A DNA stretch of 63,651 nt, taken from an uncultured Rhodobacterales bacterium (GTDB lineage Bacteria; Pseudomonadota; Alphaproteobacteria; Rhodobacterales; Rhodobacteraceae). The stretch is taken from assembly GCA_964448765.1 (NCBI GenBank), contig CAYUXM010000001.1:1-63651 (forward strand). Direction: 5' to 3'. A program made the position numbers and the translations under genes. Position 1 is the first letter of the stretch. The number at the start of each line of letters is the position of its first letter. This document shows, piece after piece, positions 10,131 to 19,446 of the stretch. The notes under the pieces were generated by a model that made no database searches, was not told the DNA's origin, and was given only the letters and a program-made list of their open reading frames with translations.

Positions 10131-10202
10131 CGCGCGCGGCCGGCCGGGCCGGCGGGGTTTCGGCCACAACCGGTGTCGCCGCGGCGCTTCCGGGCACCGC
10201 GC

Positions 10203-10889
10203 TCAGGCGCTTGCCGCCGCCTGCGCATCCTCCGCGATCAGGCAGGCCACGAGGATCCGCGCCATGTCGAGCGGCAGGACGGTGTAGCCCGAGGGCGTGC
10301 GCTCCGGCCGGCCGGTCGGCGCCGGGCCGGCGCCGGCGGTTTCGGGCGGCGGGCAGTGGATCAGGCCGACGCCGTTGGCATAGACGATCTCGTCGCCCGC
10401 GCAGTGCAGCGACACGGTTTCAACCCGCCGGTGCGGTTCGATCGTCGCGATCCCGCGCCAGCCGTCGAGCGCGGCGGCCGGGATCAGCACGTAGGGCGCG
10501 CCGTAGCTCGTCTCCGCCAGGTCGCTTTCGACCAGCACGAGCTGTTCGGGCAGCAGCAGCAGCGCGGTGCGGTTGCCCAGCGCGGTCGGCGGCACGGCCA
10601 GCGGGCACAGCTTGTCCGGGCAGGGCTCGGGCCCCGACCACAGCGCCCGGCGGCGCACGTCGACGAGCTGCTGGGGGCCGTTGTCGACCGTCATCACCGG
10701 GTCGCCCGGCCTCAGATCCTCGACCGTGCGCCAGCCGCCGACCGTCGCCACGCGGGTGCCGGCGACGATGCCGCGCGCCGGGCCGCCGCGCGCCGGTTCG
10801 GCCGTGGGGATCCAGCCCGCCTCGCCGGTGAAGATCTCGGCCCGTCGCGGGATCGGCCCCGCACTCATGGTCTTGCCCTGAAGCTCCAT
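10203..10889 (-). CDS. Hint (Hedgehog/intein) domain-containing protein
   Basis: GIVAGTRVATVGGWRTVEDLRPGDPVMTVDNGPQQLVDV...VYANGVGLIHC. AGGAGG lies 5 nt upstream of the ATG at 10889. Confidence 0.7.
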   Translation of the reverse strand: MELQGKTMSAGPIPRRAEIFTGEAGWIPTAEPARGGPARGIVAGTRVATVGGWRTVEDLRPGDPVMTVDNGPQQLVDVRRRALWSGPEPCPDKLCPLAVPPTALGNRTALLLLPEQLVLVESDLAETSYGAPYVLIPAAALDGWRGIATIEPHRRVETVSLHCAGDEIVYANGVGLIHCPPPETAGAGPAPTGRPERTPSGYTVLPLDMARILVACLIAEDAQAAASA

Positions 10890-11068
10890 CTCGCCCTCCT
10901 GACGTGTCCGGGCGCGCTGCGGCTGCGCCCTGGTATCCAAGACCAATCGAGGGCGGCAGAGCGGCCGCATGATGCCGCGAATCCGGCAATTCCGCGGCAG
11001 TGTCGCGGCCCGGGCGACGGCCGCGGCCGGACGCCGCGACTGTTGCCGGTGCGGGCGGCGAAATGCGG

Positions 11069-11974
11069 CTAGCGCGCGCGCAGGACGATGGCGGTGCCCG
11101 CCGCGGCGATCAGCGCGATTCCGGCGATGGCGGCAAGGCCCGGCACCTCGCCCCAGATGATCCACGACCACAGCGCCGCCACCGGCAAGACGACGTATTC
11201 GAGGATCGCCACGCGGCTCGCCTCCGCCAGCTGGTAGGCCCGGACCATCGCGCCCACGGCGATCAGCGAGCCGACCGCCTGTACCGCGGTCCACAGGATC
11301 AGCGCGCCGCCCGGCCACAGCGGCCCGCGCGTCAGGAAGCCGGCCGGACCCTCCGGCACCGGCAGCGGAAACACCGACAGAACCGCCATCCCGGCCAGCC
11401 CGATCAGTCCGAGCGCGAGGAAGAACCCGGCGGTCAGCGTCAGCGTCGATTCGGCCGCGCACCATTGCCGGGTGGCGATGTTGCCCAGCCCGTAGAACGC
11501 GCCGGCGACGACCGGCAGCAGGCTGGCCCAGCCCAGCCCCGCCGCCCCGGCCGGCCCGAGAACCAGCAGGACGCCGGCGAAACCCGCGACGACCGCGGCG
11601 ATCCGCACCGGGCCGAGCGGATGGCCGAAGACGAACCGCGAGATCAGCAGCACGAAGATCGGCGCGGTGAACAGCCCGGCCGCGACCTGCGCCACCGGCA
11701 GGAAGCCGAGCCCGGCGAAATAGATCAGGATCGCGGTGCCGTGCAGGGCGGAACGCGCGGCGACCGCGCCGGGCCGCACCGGCCGCCAGCGCAGGCCGAG
11801 CGCGGCGGCCGCCAGCGCGATCGCCGACAGGATCATCACGGTGCGCATCGCGTGAAACTGCCACAGCCCCGAGACGGCCGCGATCACCCGCACGTAATTG
11901 TCGACAAGGCCGATGACCACGGCATAGACGAGGATCATCGCCGCCGCCGCCAGCGTCCGGTTGTCCTGCGCCAT
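11069..11974 (-). CDS. DMT (EamA-like) family transporter
   Basis: About 10 hydrophobic helices with a duplicated EamA-like architecture. Starts MAQDN at 11974. Confidence 0.8.
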   Translation of the reverse strand: MAQDNRTLAAAAMILVYAVVIGLVDNYVRVIAAVSGLWQFHAMRTVMILSAIALAAAALGLRWRPVRPGAVAARSALHGTAILIYFAGLGFLPVAQVAAGLFTAPIFVLLISRFVFGHPLGPVRIAAVVAGFAGVLLVLGPAGAAGLGWASLLPVVAGAFYGLGNIATRQWCAAESTLTLTAGFFLALGLIGLAGMAVLSVFPLPVPEGPAGFLTRGPLWPGGALILWTAVQAVGSLIAVGAMVRAYQLAEASRVAILEYVVLPVAALWSWIIWGEVPGLAAIAGIALIAAAGTAIVLRAR

Positions 11975-12069
11975 GGACCGTCCCCTCCTTGCCCCTTTCC
12001 AACAAGCCCGCACCGCGCCAAACTGCACGTCCGGAAACGACATCTGCCGACGCAAAGGGGAGGAACGGC

Positions 12070-13698
12070 ATGGGGTGGCTGGCTGACGAGACGGGGCTTG
12101 GGAAATCGGCGGCCAACTTCGTGCCGCTGACGCCGCTGTCGCATCTGAACCGCGCGGCCGATGTCTTCGCCGACCGGCTCGCGGTGGTCTACGGCAGCCA
12201 TCGCAAGACCTATGCCGAGTATCACGCGCGGGTCACCCGGCTGGCCTCGGCGCTGGCCGGGATGGGGGTGCGGCCCGGCGACGTGGTCGCCACGCTGCTG
12301 CCCAACGTGCCCGCGCAGGCCGAGGCGCATTTCGGCGTGCCGGCGGCGGGCGCGGTGCTGAACACGATCAACACAAGGCTCGACGTCGACACGGTGGCCT
12401 ATATCTTCGGCCATGGCGGCGCGAAGGTGGTGCTGGTCGATACCGCGCTTCTGCCGCTGGCCGCCGCCGCCTCGGCGAAGATGACCGAGGGCACGCCGCC
12501 GATGATCGTCGAGGTCGCCGATCCGCAGGCGGGCCATCCCGCGACCGGCGATTATGCCGAATACGAGGCGCTGCTGGCCGCCGCCGATCCCGGTTTCGCC
12601 TGGATCATGCCCGAGGACGAATGGGAAAGCCTGGCGCTGAACTACACCTCCGGCACCACCGGGCGGCCGAAGGGCGTGGTCTATCACCACCGCGGCGCCT
12701 ACCTTATGACGATGGGCACGGTGGTGGCCTGGCGGATGGTGCTGCACCCGGTGTTCCTGACCATCGTGCCGCTGTTTCACTGCAACGGCTGGTGCCACAC
12801 CTGGATGATGCCGATGCTGGGCGGCACGGTCGTGTGCTGCCGCGACATCACCGCGGCGAACATCTATGCCGCCATCGGCGACGAGGGCGTGACCCACATG
12901 GGCGGCGCGCCGATCGTGCTGAACGCGATCATCAACGCGAAGGCCGAGGAGCGCCGCGACTTCGACCATGTCGTCGAGGTCTTCACCGCCGGCGCGCCGC
13001 CGCCCGCCGCGACGCTGGCGGCGATCGAGCCGCTGGGCTTCAACGTCACCCAGGTCTACGGGCTGACGGAAACCTATGGCCATGTCACCGAATGCCTGTG
13101 GCGTGCCGAATGGGACGAACTGGAGCCCGAGGACCGCGCCGCCCACAAGGCCCGCACCGGTATCCTGATGCCGATGATGGAGGAGATCACGGTCGTCACC
13201 GAGACCGGCGAGGAGGTCGCGCGCGACGCAGGCCATCTGGGCGAGATCGTGATCCGCGGCAACTGCGTGATGAAGGGCTATTACCGCAACCCGCAAGCGA
13301 CGGCCGAGGCCTTCGCCGGCGGCTGGTTCCATTCCGGCGACATCGCGTTCCGGCACGACGACGGCTACATCAAGATCACCGACCGCGCCAAGGACATCAT
13401 CATCTCGGGTGGCGAGAACGTGTCGTCGGTGGAGGTCGAGGGGGTGCTGATGCATCACCCGGCGGTCTCGCTCTGCGCCGTGGTCGCCAAGCCCGACGAC
13501 AAATGGGGCGAGGTGCCCTGCGCCTTCGTCGAGTTGCGCGACGGCGCGGAAGCGACGGAGGCCGAGCTGATCGCCTTCGCCCGCGCGCGTCTGGCCGGGT
13601 TCAAGACGCCCAAGACCGTGGTGTTCTGCGAATTGCCGAAGACCTCGACCGGCAAGATCCAGAAGTTCGAACTGCGCGCGGTCGCCAAGATGGCCTGA
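12070..13698 (+). CDS. AMP-dependent acyl-CoA synthetase (short/medium-chain type)
   Basis: NYTSGTTGRPKGV AMP-binding motif, TETYG, SGDIAFRHDDGYIKITDRAKDIIISGGENV, PKTSTGKIQKF. GGGGAGGA RBS precedes the ATG at 12070. Confidence 0.9.
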   Translation: MGWLADETGLGKSAANFVPLTPLSHLNRAADVFADRLAVVYGSHRKTYAEYHARVTRLASALAGMGVRPGDVVATLLPNVPAQAEAHFGVPAAGAVLNTINTRLDVDTVAYIFGHGGAKVVLVDTALLPLAAAASAKMTEGTPPMIVEVADPQAGHPATGDYAEYEALLAAADPGFAWIMPEDEWESLALNYTSGTTGRPKGVVYHHRGAYLMTMGTVVAWRMVLHPVFLTIVPLFHCNGWCHTWMMPMLGGTVVCCRDITAANIYAAIGDEGVTHMGGAPIVLNAIINAKAEERRDFDHVVEVFTAGAPPPAATLAAIEPLGFNVTQVYGLTETYGHVTECLWRAEWDELEPEDRAAHKARTGILMPMMEEITVVTETGEEVARDAGHLGEIVIRGNCVMKGYYRNPQATAEAFAGGWFHSGDIAFRHDDGYIKITDRAKDIIISGGENVSSVEVEGVLMHHPAVSLCAVVAKPDDKWGEVPCAFVELRDGAEATEAELIAFARARLAGFKTPKTVVFCELPKTSTGKIQKFELRAVAKMA

Positions 13699-13798
13699 AT
13701 CTGGCCCTGCCGGCCGGCCGCCGCGGGCCGCGTTTACGCGGGCCCGGTTGCAGGCTAGGATCGGCCCGAGGCACGAGACAGGCACGCCGCGGTACCCG

Positions 13799-14824
13799 AT
13801 GACGGCGCTACCAGAATACGAACGGCTTGAGGCCACGGGCCTCTGGCGCCCCGACGCGACCGCGCAGCGGCGCGAGGTGATCGTCAGTTTCGGCGACGCC
13901 ACGCTGGCGATCACCGAGGCGCAGGGCCTGACGACCGTGGCGCACTGGTCGATCGCCGCCGCCGAGCGGCAGAATCCCGGCCGGATGCCCGCGCTCTACC
14001 GGCCCGGCCCCGATGCGGTGGAACTGCTGGAACTCGACGATCCGTCGCTGGTCGCGGCGATCGAGAAGGTCCATGCCGGGCTGAACGCGCGCCGGCCGCG
14101 GCCCGGCCGGCTGCGCGGCGCGCTCTTGGGCGGGGCGCTTGCGCTGGTGCTGGCGCTGGCCCTGTTCTGGCTGCCCGGCGAACTCAGGCGCCACACCGCC
14201 GCCGTGCTGCCGCCCTCGGCGCGGGCCGAGATCGGCGCGGCGGCGCTGGCCGATCTGGCCCGCCTGACCGGCCCGCCCTGCGGCGGCCCGGCCGAGGTGC
14301 GGGCGCTCGACGCGCTGGCGGCACGGGTCTTTCCCGACCAGCCGGTGCGGATCGTCGTGCTGCCGCAGGCGCTGGCCGGTGTGCGGCCCCTGCCGGGCCG
14401 GATCGTCGCCGTGGGCGCGCCGCTGGTCGAGGATCATGAAACCGCCGATGTTCTCGCCGGCCATCTTCTGGCCGCGCGGCTGCGCGCCGCGGCCGAGGAT
14501 CCGCTGGCGCGGCTGCTCGACTGGGTGGGGCTGCGCGCCACCTTCGGCCTCCTGACCGCCGGGCGGCTGCCCGAAGGCGCGCTGGCCGGTTATGGCGAGG
14601 CGCTGCTTGCGGCCGACCCCGCGCCGGTCGCGCCCGCGGCGCTGCTCGCGGCTTTCGAGGCGGCGGGGCTGGCCGTGGCGCCCTATGCCGGGGCGCTTGC
14701 CGCGCTGGGCCGGCCGCAGGCGGCGGACCTGGCCGCCGGCGATCCGTTCCGCGACGGCGTGCCGCCCGCGCCGGCCCTGCCGGATGCCGACTGGGTGCTA
14801 TTGCAGGCGATCTGCGCGCGCTGA
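13799..14824 (+). CDS. Hypothetical protein with one central TM segment
   Basis: Long ORF with high GC3. TM segment is LRGALLGGALALVLALALFWL. I recognise no motif. Confidence 0.55.
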   Translation: MTALPEYERLEATGLWRPDATAQRREVIVSFGDATLAITEAQGLTTVAHWSIAAAERQNPGRMPALYRPGPDAVELLELDDPSLVAAIEKVHAGLNARRPRPGRLRGALLGGALALVLALALFWLPGELRRHTAAVLPPSARAEIGAAALADLARLTGPPCGGPAEVRALDALAARVFPDQPVRIVVLPQALAGVRPLPGRIVAVGAPLVEDHETADVLAGHLLAARLRAAAEDPLARLLDWVGLRATFGLLTAGRLPEGALAGYGEALLAADPAPVAPAALLAAFEAAGLAVAPYAGALAALGRPQAADLAAGDPFRDGVPPAPALPDADWVLLQAICAR

Positions 14825-14831
14825 GCGGCGC

Positions 14832-15464
14832 TCACTTCGTGCCGAACATCCGGTCGCCGGCGTCACCCAGCCCCGGCACGATATAGCCGTGATCGTTCAG
14901 CCGTTCGTCGACCGCGGCGGTCACGATCGGCACGTCGGGATGCGCCTCTTTCATCCGCGCCACGCCCTCGGGCGCGGCCAGAAGGCACAGGAAGCGCAGA
15001 TGCGTCGCGCCGGCCTCTTTCAGCCGGTCGATCGCGGCGGCCGAGGAATTGCCGGTCGCCAGCATCGGGTCGACGACGATCACCATCCGGTCCTCCAGTT
15101 CGGCGGGCACCTTGCAGTAATACTGCACGGGCCTCAGCGTTTCGGGGTCGCGGTAAAGGCCGATGAAGCCCACCCGCGCCGAGGGGATCAGGTCGAGAAT
15201 CCCGTCCAGCAGCCCGTTGCCGGCGCGCAGGATCGACACCAGCGCCAGTTTCTTGCCCGCCAGCGTCGGGGCCTCCATCTCGCACAGCGGCGTGTCGATC
15301 ACCCGCGTCGTCATCGGCAGTTCGCGCGTCACCTCGTAGGCCAGTAGCTGGCTGATCTCCTTGAGAAGCTGGCGAAAGCTCGCGGTCGAGGTGTCCTTCT
15401 CGCGCATCAGCGTCAGCTTGTGCTGCACCAGCGGGTGGGTGACGACGGTGAGATGGTCGAACAT
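14832..15464 (-). CDS. upp: Uracil phosphoribosyltransferase
   Basis: [27 protein letters not shown]...[11 protein letters not shown]...[17 protein letters not shown]. Confidence 0.95.
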   Translation of the reverse strand: MFDHLTVVTHPLVQHKLTLMREKDTSTASFRQLLKEISQLLAYEVTRELPMTTRVIDTPLCEMEAPTLAGKKLALVSILRAGNGLLDGILDLIPSARVGFIGLYRDPETLRPVQYYCKVPAELEDRMVIVVDPMLATGNSSAAAIDRLKEAGATHLRFLCLLAAPEGVARMKEAHPDVPIVTAAVDERLNDHGYIVPGLGDAGDRMFGTK

Positions 15465-15476
15465 CGAACGCTCCTG

Positions 15477-16454
15477 TCAGGCCAGTTTCTTGAGGATTTC
15501 GGCGCGGGTGGCCGCGTCGCAGAAGGCCGCCTCGGCCGCGGTCCGGGCAAGGCGCAGGAATTGCCCCTCGTCCCAGTCGAAGGCCTCGGCCAGCGCCTCG
15601 TATTCGCGCCGCATGGTGGTGTGGAAGAACGGCGGATCGTCGGTCGAGACGGTGACCTTCACGCCGCGCCGGTCCAGGTCCGCGATCGGATGGGCGCGGA
15701 ACGACGGGTAAAGCCCCAGCGCGACGTTCGATCCGGGGCAGACCTCCAGCACGATGCCGGCCTCGGCGATCTCGTCCACCAGCGCGAGATCCTCGATCGC
15801 GCGCACGCCGTGACCGATCCGGCTGACGCGCAGATCGCGGATCGCGGCGCGCACGCTGTCCGGCCCGGCCCATTCCCCGGCATGGGCGGTCAGTCCCAGC
15901 CCGGCCTCGCGCGCCAGGTCGAAGGACCAGGCGAAATCCCCGGGTTTGCCTTTGCTTTCGTCGCCGGCCAGTCCGAACCCGGTGATGAAATCGCCCATCG
16001 TCTCGGCCGCGCAAAGCGCGGTTTCGCGGGCCTTGTCGGGACCGAAATGGCGGATCGCGGTGACCACGCCGCGCAGGGTGATGCCGCAGTCGCGCCGCGC
16101 CGCCGCCGCGGCCTCGGCGATCGCGGCCACGTAGTCGCGCCAGGCGGAAACGTCGCGGCCGCCGCAGAAATCCGGCGACAGGAAGACCTCGGAATAGATC
16201 ACGCCGTTCTCGGCGCTTTGTTCCAGCACGGCGCGGGTCAGGCGGGCGTAATCCTCCGGCGTGGTCAGGACCGAGGTGGCGGCCTCGTAGACGCCGAGGA
16301 ACTGCCAGAAATCGCGGAAGGCATAGCCGCCGCGCGCGTCGAAGATGCCCGACAGGTCGACATGCTTCTGCCGCGCGAGATCGCGGATCAGCGCCGGCGG
16401 CGCGGCGCCTTCCAGGTGCAGGTGCAGTTCGACCTTGGGCAGTTCGGCGCTCAC
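15477..16454 (-). CDS. add: Adenosine deaminase
   Basis: PKVELHLHLEGA...HAGE...STDDPPFF. The GTG at 16454 overlaps the deoB stop (GTGA). Confidence 0.9.
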   Translation of the reverse strand: MSAELPKVELHLHLEGAAPPALIRDLARQKHVDLSGIFDARGGYAFRDFWQFLGVYEAATSVLTTPEDYARLTRAVLEQSAENGVIYSEVFLSPDFCGGRDVSAWRDYVAAIAEAAAAARRDCGITLRGVVTAIRHFGPDKARETALCAAETMGDFITGFGLAGDESKGKPGDFAWSFDLAREAGLGLTAHAGEWAGPDSVRAAIRDLRVSRIGHGVRAIEDLALVDEIAEAGIVLEVCPGSNVALGLYPSFRAHPIADLDRRGVKVTVSTDDPPFFHTTMRREYEALAEAFDWDEGQFLRLARTAAEAAFCDAATRAEILKKLA

Positions 16455-17662
16455 AGGAAGCTTTCCCCCGGTCCTTCGGCGGGAATGCCCAGATGCGCCG
16501 CGACCGTGGCCGCGACATCGGCGAAACCGACAAGGCCCGCGGCGCGGGTGCCCGCGCCCCAGCCCAGCACCGGCACCCGTTCGCGGGTGTGATCGGTGCC
16601 CGCCCAGGTCGGATCGTTGCCATGATCGGCGGTGAAGATCGCCAGATCGCCCGGCGCCAGCCGTTCCAGGAACCGCCCGGCGGCCGCGTCGAACCATTCC
16701 AGGTGGCGCGCGTAGCCGGACACGTCGCGGCGGTGCCCATAGAGGCTGTCGAACTCGACGAAGTTGGCAAATGTCAAGGAACCCTGCTCGGCTTCGCCAG
16801 ACAGCGCCAAGAGATGTTCGAAAAGTGCAGCGTCGTCCCGGCCCTTCCAGACCCTGTCGATGCCCCGGCCGGAAAAGATGTCGGCGATCTTGCCCACCGC
16901 ATGCACCTGCCGGCCCGCGCCCTGCGCCCAGTCCAGCAACGTCGGCGCGGGCGGCGCGATGGCATAGTCGTGCCGGTTCGCGGTGCGCCGGAACGCCCCC
17001 GGCTGGCCGACGAAGGGCCGCGCGATCACCCGGCCCACCCGCATCGCGTGCAGCGTCGGCGCCAGCCGCTCGCACAGTGTCAGCAGCCGGTCGAGGCCGA
17101 AGGTCTCTTCATGCGCGGCGATCTGGAACACGCTGTCGGCGGAGGTATAGCAGATCGGCCAGCCGCTGCGCAGATGTTCCGCCCCCAGCCGGTCCACGAT
17201 CTCGGTGCCCGAGGCATGGCAATTGCCCAGCGTGCCGTCGGTTCCGGCCAGCCGCGCCGCTTCGTCCATGATTTCGGGCGGAAAGGCGGGCACCTCGCGC
17301 GGGAAATACGTCCAGTCCCAGGGCACCGGAACGCCGGCCAGTTCCCAGTGGCCCGAGGGCGTGTCCTTGCCCCGCGAAACCTCCGTCGCCGCGGCCCACA
17401 GCCCCCGCGGTTCGGCACCGAGCCCCGGCGCCCCGGCGCCCGAGGCAAGTTGGATCGCCGCGCCAAGGCCCAGACCGTCCAGCACCGGCATCCGCAACGG
17501 CCCGCTGCGGCCCTCTTCGGCCCGGCCCGCCGCGCAGGCCTCGGCGATATGGGCCAGCGTGTTCGCGCCGGTATCGGGCCGGCCGGCGTTGAAGAACTCC
17601 GCCGCGTCGGGCGCGCCGCCGCAGCCGACACTGTCCATCACGATCACGAAGGCCCGTGTCAT
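16451..17662 (-). CDS. deoB: Phosphopentomutase
   Basis: MTRAFVIVMDSVGCGGAPDA...TADHGNDPTW. Confidence 0.93.
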   Translation of the reverse strand: MTRAFVIVMDSVGCGGAPDAAEFFNAGRPDTGANTLAHIAEACAAGRAEEGRSGPLRMPVLDGLGLGAAIQLASGAGAPGLGAEPRGLWAAATEVSRGKDTPSGHWELAGVPVPWDWTYFPREVPAFPPEIMDEAARLAGTDGTLGNCHASGTEIVDRLGAEHLRSGWPICYTSADSVFQIAAHEETFGLDRLLTLCERLAPTLHAMRVGRVIARPFVGQPGAFRRTANRHDYAIAPPAPTLLDWAQGAGRQVHAVGKIADIFSGRGIDRVWKGRDDAALFEHLLALSGEAEQGSLTFANFVEFDSLYGHRRDVSGYARHLEWFDAAAGRFLERLAPGDLAIFTADHGNDPTWAGTDHTRERVPVLGWGAGTRAAGLVGFADVAATVAAHLGIPAEGPGESFL

Positions 17663-18969
17663 CGGCCGATCCGGTCCAGCACCAGCGCCGGCGCCTTGGG
17701 CGGCGCGTCGGCCAGCCGGTAGGCGGCCCGCACCTCGGCCACCGCGCGATCGGCCGCCGCCGGTGTCGCGGCATGGACAAGGGCAAGCGGCAGGCCCTCG
17801 CCCACCGCCGCACCAAGGGGCGCGAGCGCCGAAAGGCCCACCGCCGGGTCGATCCGGTCGCCGGCCGACAGCCTTCCGCCGCCCAGCCGCACGACAATAT
17901 GGCCCAGCGCCTCGGTTTCGATCGCGGCGACGATGCCGGGCCGGGCCGGCAGCACCTCGCGCACCACCGGGGCGGCGGGCAGCCGGTCACGGAAATGCTC
18001 GACGAAATCCGCCGGCCCGCCCAGCGCGGCGACCATCCGGCCGAAGACCTCCGCCGCACGGCCGTCGGCCAGCGCCGCGGCGATCCGCGCCCCACCGTCC
18101 TCGGCGCTTTCGGCCAGGCCGGCCAGCGCCAGCGCCTCGCCGCCCAGCGCGCGGATCACCGACTCCAGCCGGTCATGCCGCCGCGCGCCGGTCAGCACCT
18201 CCATCGAGGTGATGACCTCCAGCGCGTTGCCCGCGGCCGGGGCCAGCGGCTGGCCCATGTCGGTGATCAGCGCCGCGGTGGCGCAGCCCGCGCCGTTCGC
18301 GGTATCGACCAGCGCCTGCGCCAGGGCGCGCGCGTCCTCGGCGGTCTTCATGAAGGCGCCGGAGCCGCATTTCACGTCGAGCACCAGTGCATCCAGCCCC
18401 GCCGCCAGCTTCTTCGACAGGATCGAGGCGGTGATGAGGTCGACGCTTTCGACGGTGCCGGAAATGTCGCGGATGCCGTAAAGCCTGCGGTCGGCCGGGG
18501 CGATATCGTCGGTCGCGCCGACGATGGCGCAGCCCACATCGGCGACGACGGATTGCAGTTCGGCCGACGGGCGATCAGGCCGGTAGCCGGGGATCGCCTC
18601 CATCTTGTCGAGCGTGCCGCCGGTATGGCCGAGCCCGCGGCCCGAGATCATCGGCACGAAGGCGCCGCAGGCGGCCAGCGCCGGGGCCAGCGGCAGCGAC
18701 ACGCAATCGCCGATCCCGCCGGTGGAATGCTTGTCGACGACCGGGCCGGGCAGATCCCATGTCAGCACCCGGCCGGAGTCGCGCATCGCGCGGGTCAGCG
18801 CCACCCGGCCCGCGGCGCCGATCCCGTTCAGCAGCACCGCCATCGCGAAGGCGCCGGCCTGGGCATCGCCCACGCTGCCGTCGGCCAGCCCCTCGGCGAA
18901 CCAGCGCGCGGCGTCTTCGTCGAGGCCCTTGCCGTCCCGGACGCCCGCGATGACGGTGCGGGCGTCCAT
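17659..18969 (-). CDS. deoA: Thymidine phosphorylase
   Basis: VDKHSTGGIGD...MISGRGLGHTGGTLDK. The ATG at 18969 overlaps the cdd stop. Confidence 0.93.
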   Translation of the reverse strand: MDARTVIAGVRDGKGLDEDAARWFAEGLADGSVGDAQAGAFAMAVLLNGIGAAGRVALTRAMRDSGRVLTWDLPGPVVDKHSTGGIGDCVSLPLAPALAACGAFVPMISGRGLGHTGGTLDKMEAIPGYRPDRPSAELQSVVADVGCAIVGATDDIAPADRRLYGIRDISGTVESVDLITASILSKKLAAGLDALVLDVKCGSGAFMKTAEDARALAQALVDTANGAGCATAALITDMGQPLAPAAGNALEVITSMEVLTGARRHDRLESVIRALGGEALALAGLAESAEDGGARIAAALADGRAAEVFGRMVAALGGPADFVEHFRDRLPAAPVVREVLPARPGIVAAIETEALGHIVVRLGGGRLSAGDRIDPAVGLSALAPLGAAVGEGLPLALVHAATPAAADRAVAEVRAAYRLADAPPKAPALVLDRIGR

Positions 18970-19361
18970 CACTCTCCGTCCAGGTGCCGGCGGCCGAAAT
19001 GGCCGGGCAGCAACTCGCCGATCGTGGTCTCGGCGATCCTGCCTTCCACCGTTGCCAGCGTGACCCGCACGTCGGGGCGGCCGAATTCCGCAAGCTTCTG
19101 GCGGCAGCCGCCGCAGGGCGAGACCGGCTCGGGGCAATCCGCGATCACCGCGACTTCGGTCAGTTCCGTCTCGCCGGCGGCCACCATCGCGGCGATCGCG
19201 CCGGCCTCGGCGCAGGTGCCCTCGGGATAGGCGGCGTTCTCGACGTTGCAGCCCCGGTAGACCGCGCCCGACAGGCCGCGCACCGCCGCGCCGACCTTGA
19301 AGCGGGAGTAGGGCGCATAGGCGTTCTCGCGCACGTCGGTGGCTGCTGGCAGAAGGTCCAT
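18969..19361 (-). CDS. cdd: Cytidine deaminase
   Basis: ENAYAPYSRFKVGAA...CAEAGAI...PCGGCRQ zinc motif. GGAGGAG RBS precedes the ATG at 19361. Confidence 0.92.
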   Translation of the reverse strand: MDLLPAATDVRENAYAPYSRFKVGAAVRGLSGAVYRGCNVENAAYPEGTCAEAGAIAAMVAAGETELTEVAVIADCPEPVSPCGGCRQKLAEFGRPDVRVTLATVEGRIAETTIGELLPGHFGRRHLDGE

Positions 19362-19446
19362 CCTCGCTCCTCCCCGGCGTTGCGGGCTGATGATCGGGCA
19401 CATGCTGCGCCGCCCGCGCCCGCGATGCAAGGGGCTGGCCCGGCGC

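Noticed and set aside
10131-10165. Possible terminator after carB (GCCGGC-CGG-GCCGGC then GGGGTTTCGG)
   Set aside because: The stem is only 6 bp within a generally palindromic GC-rich context, which is too weak to call.
6762-10169. 1135-aa ORF antisense to carB
   Set aside because: It fully overlaps a canonical carB on the other strand. The product is Arg/Gly/Ala/Pro-rich low-complexity sequence, typical of shadow ORFs in high-GC DNA.
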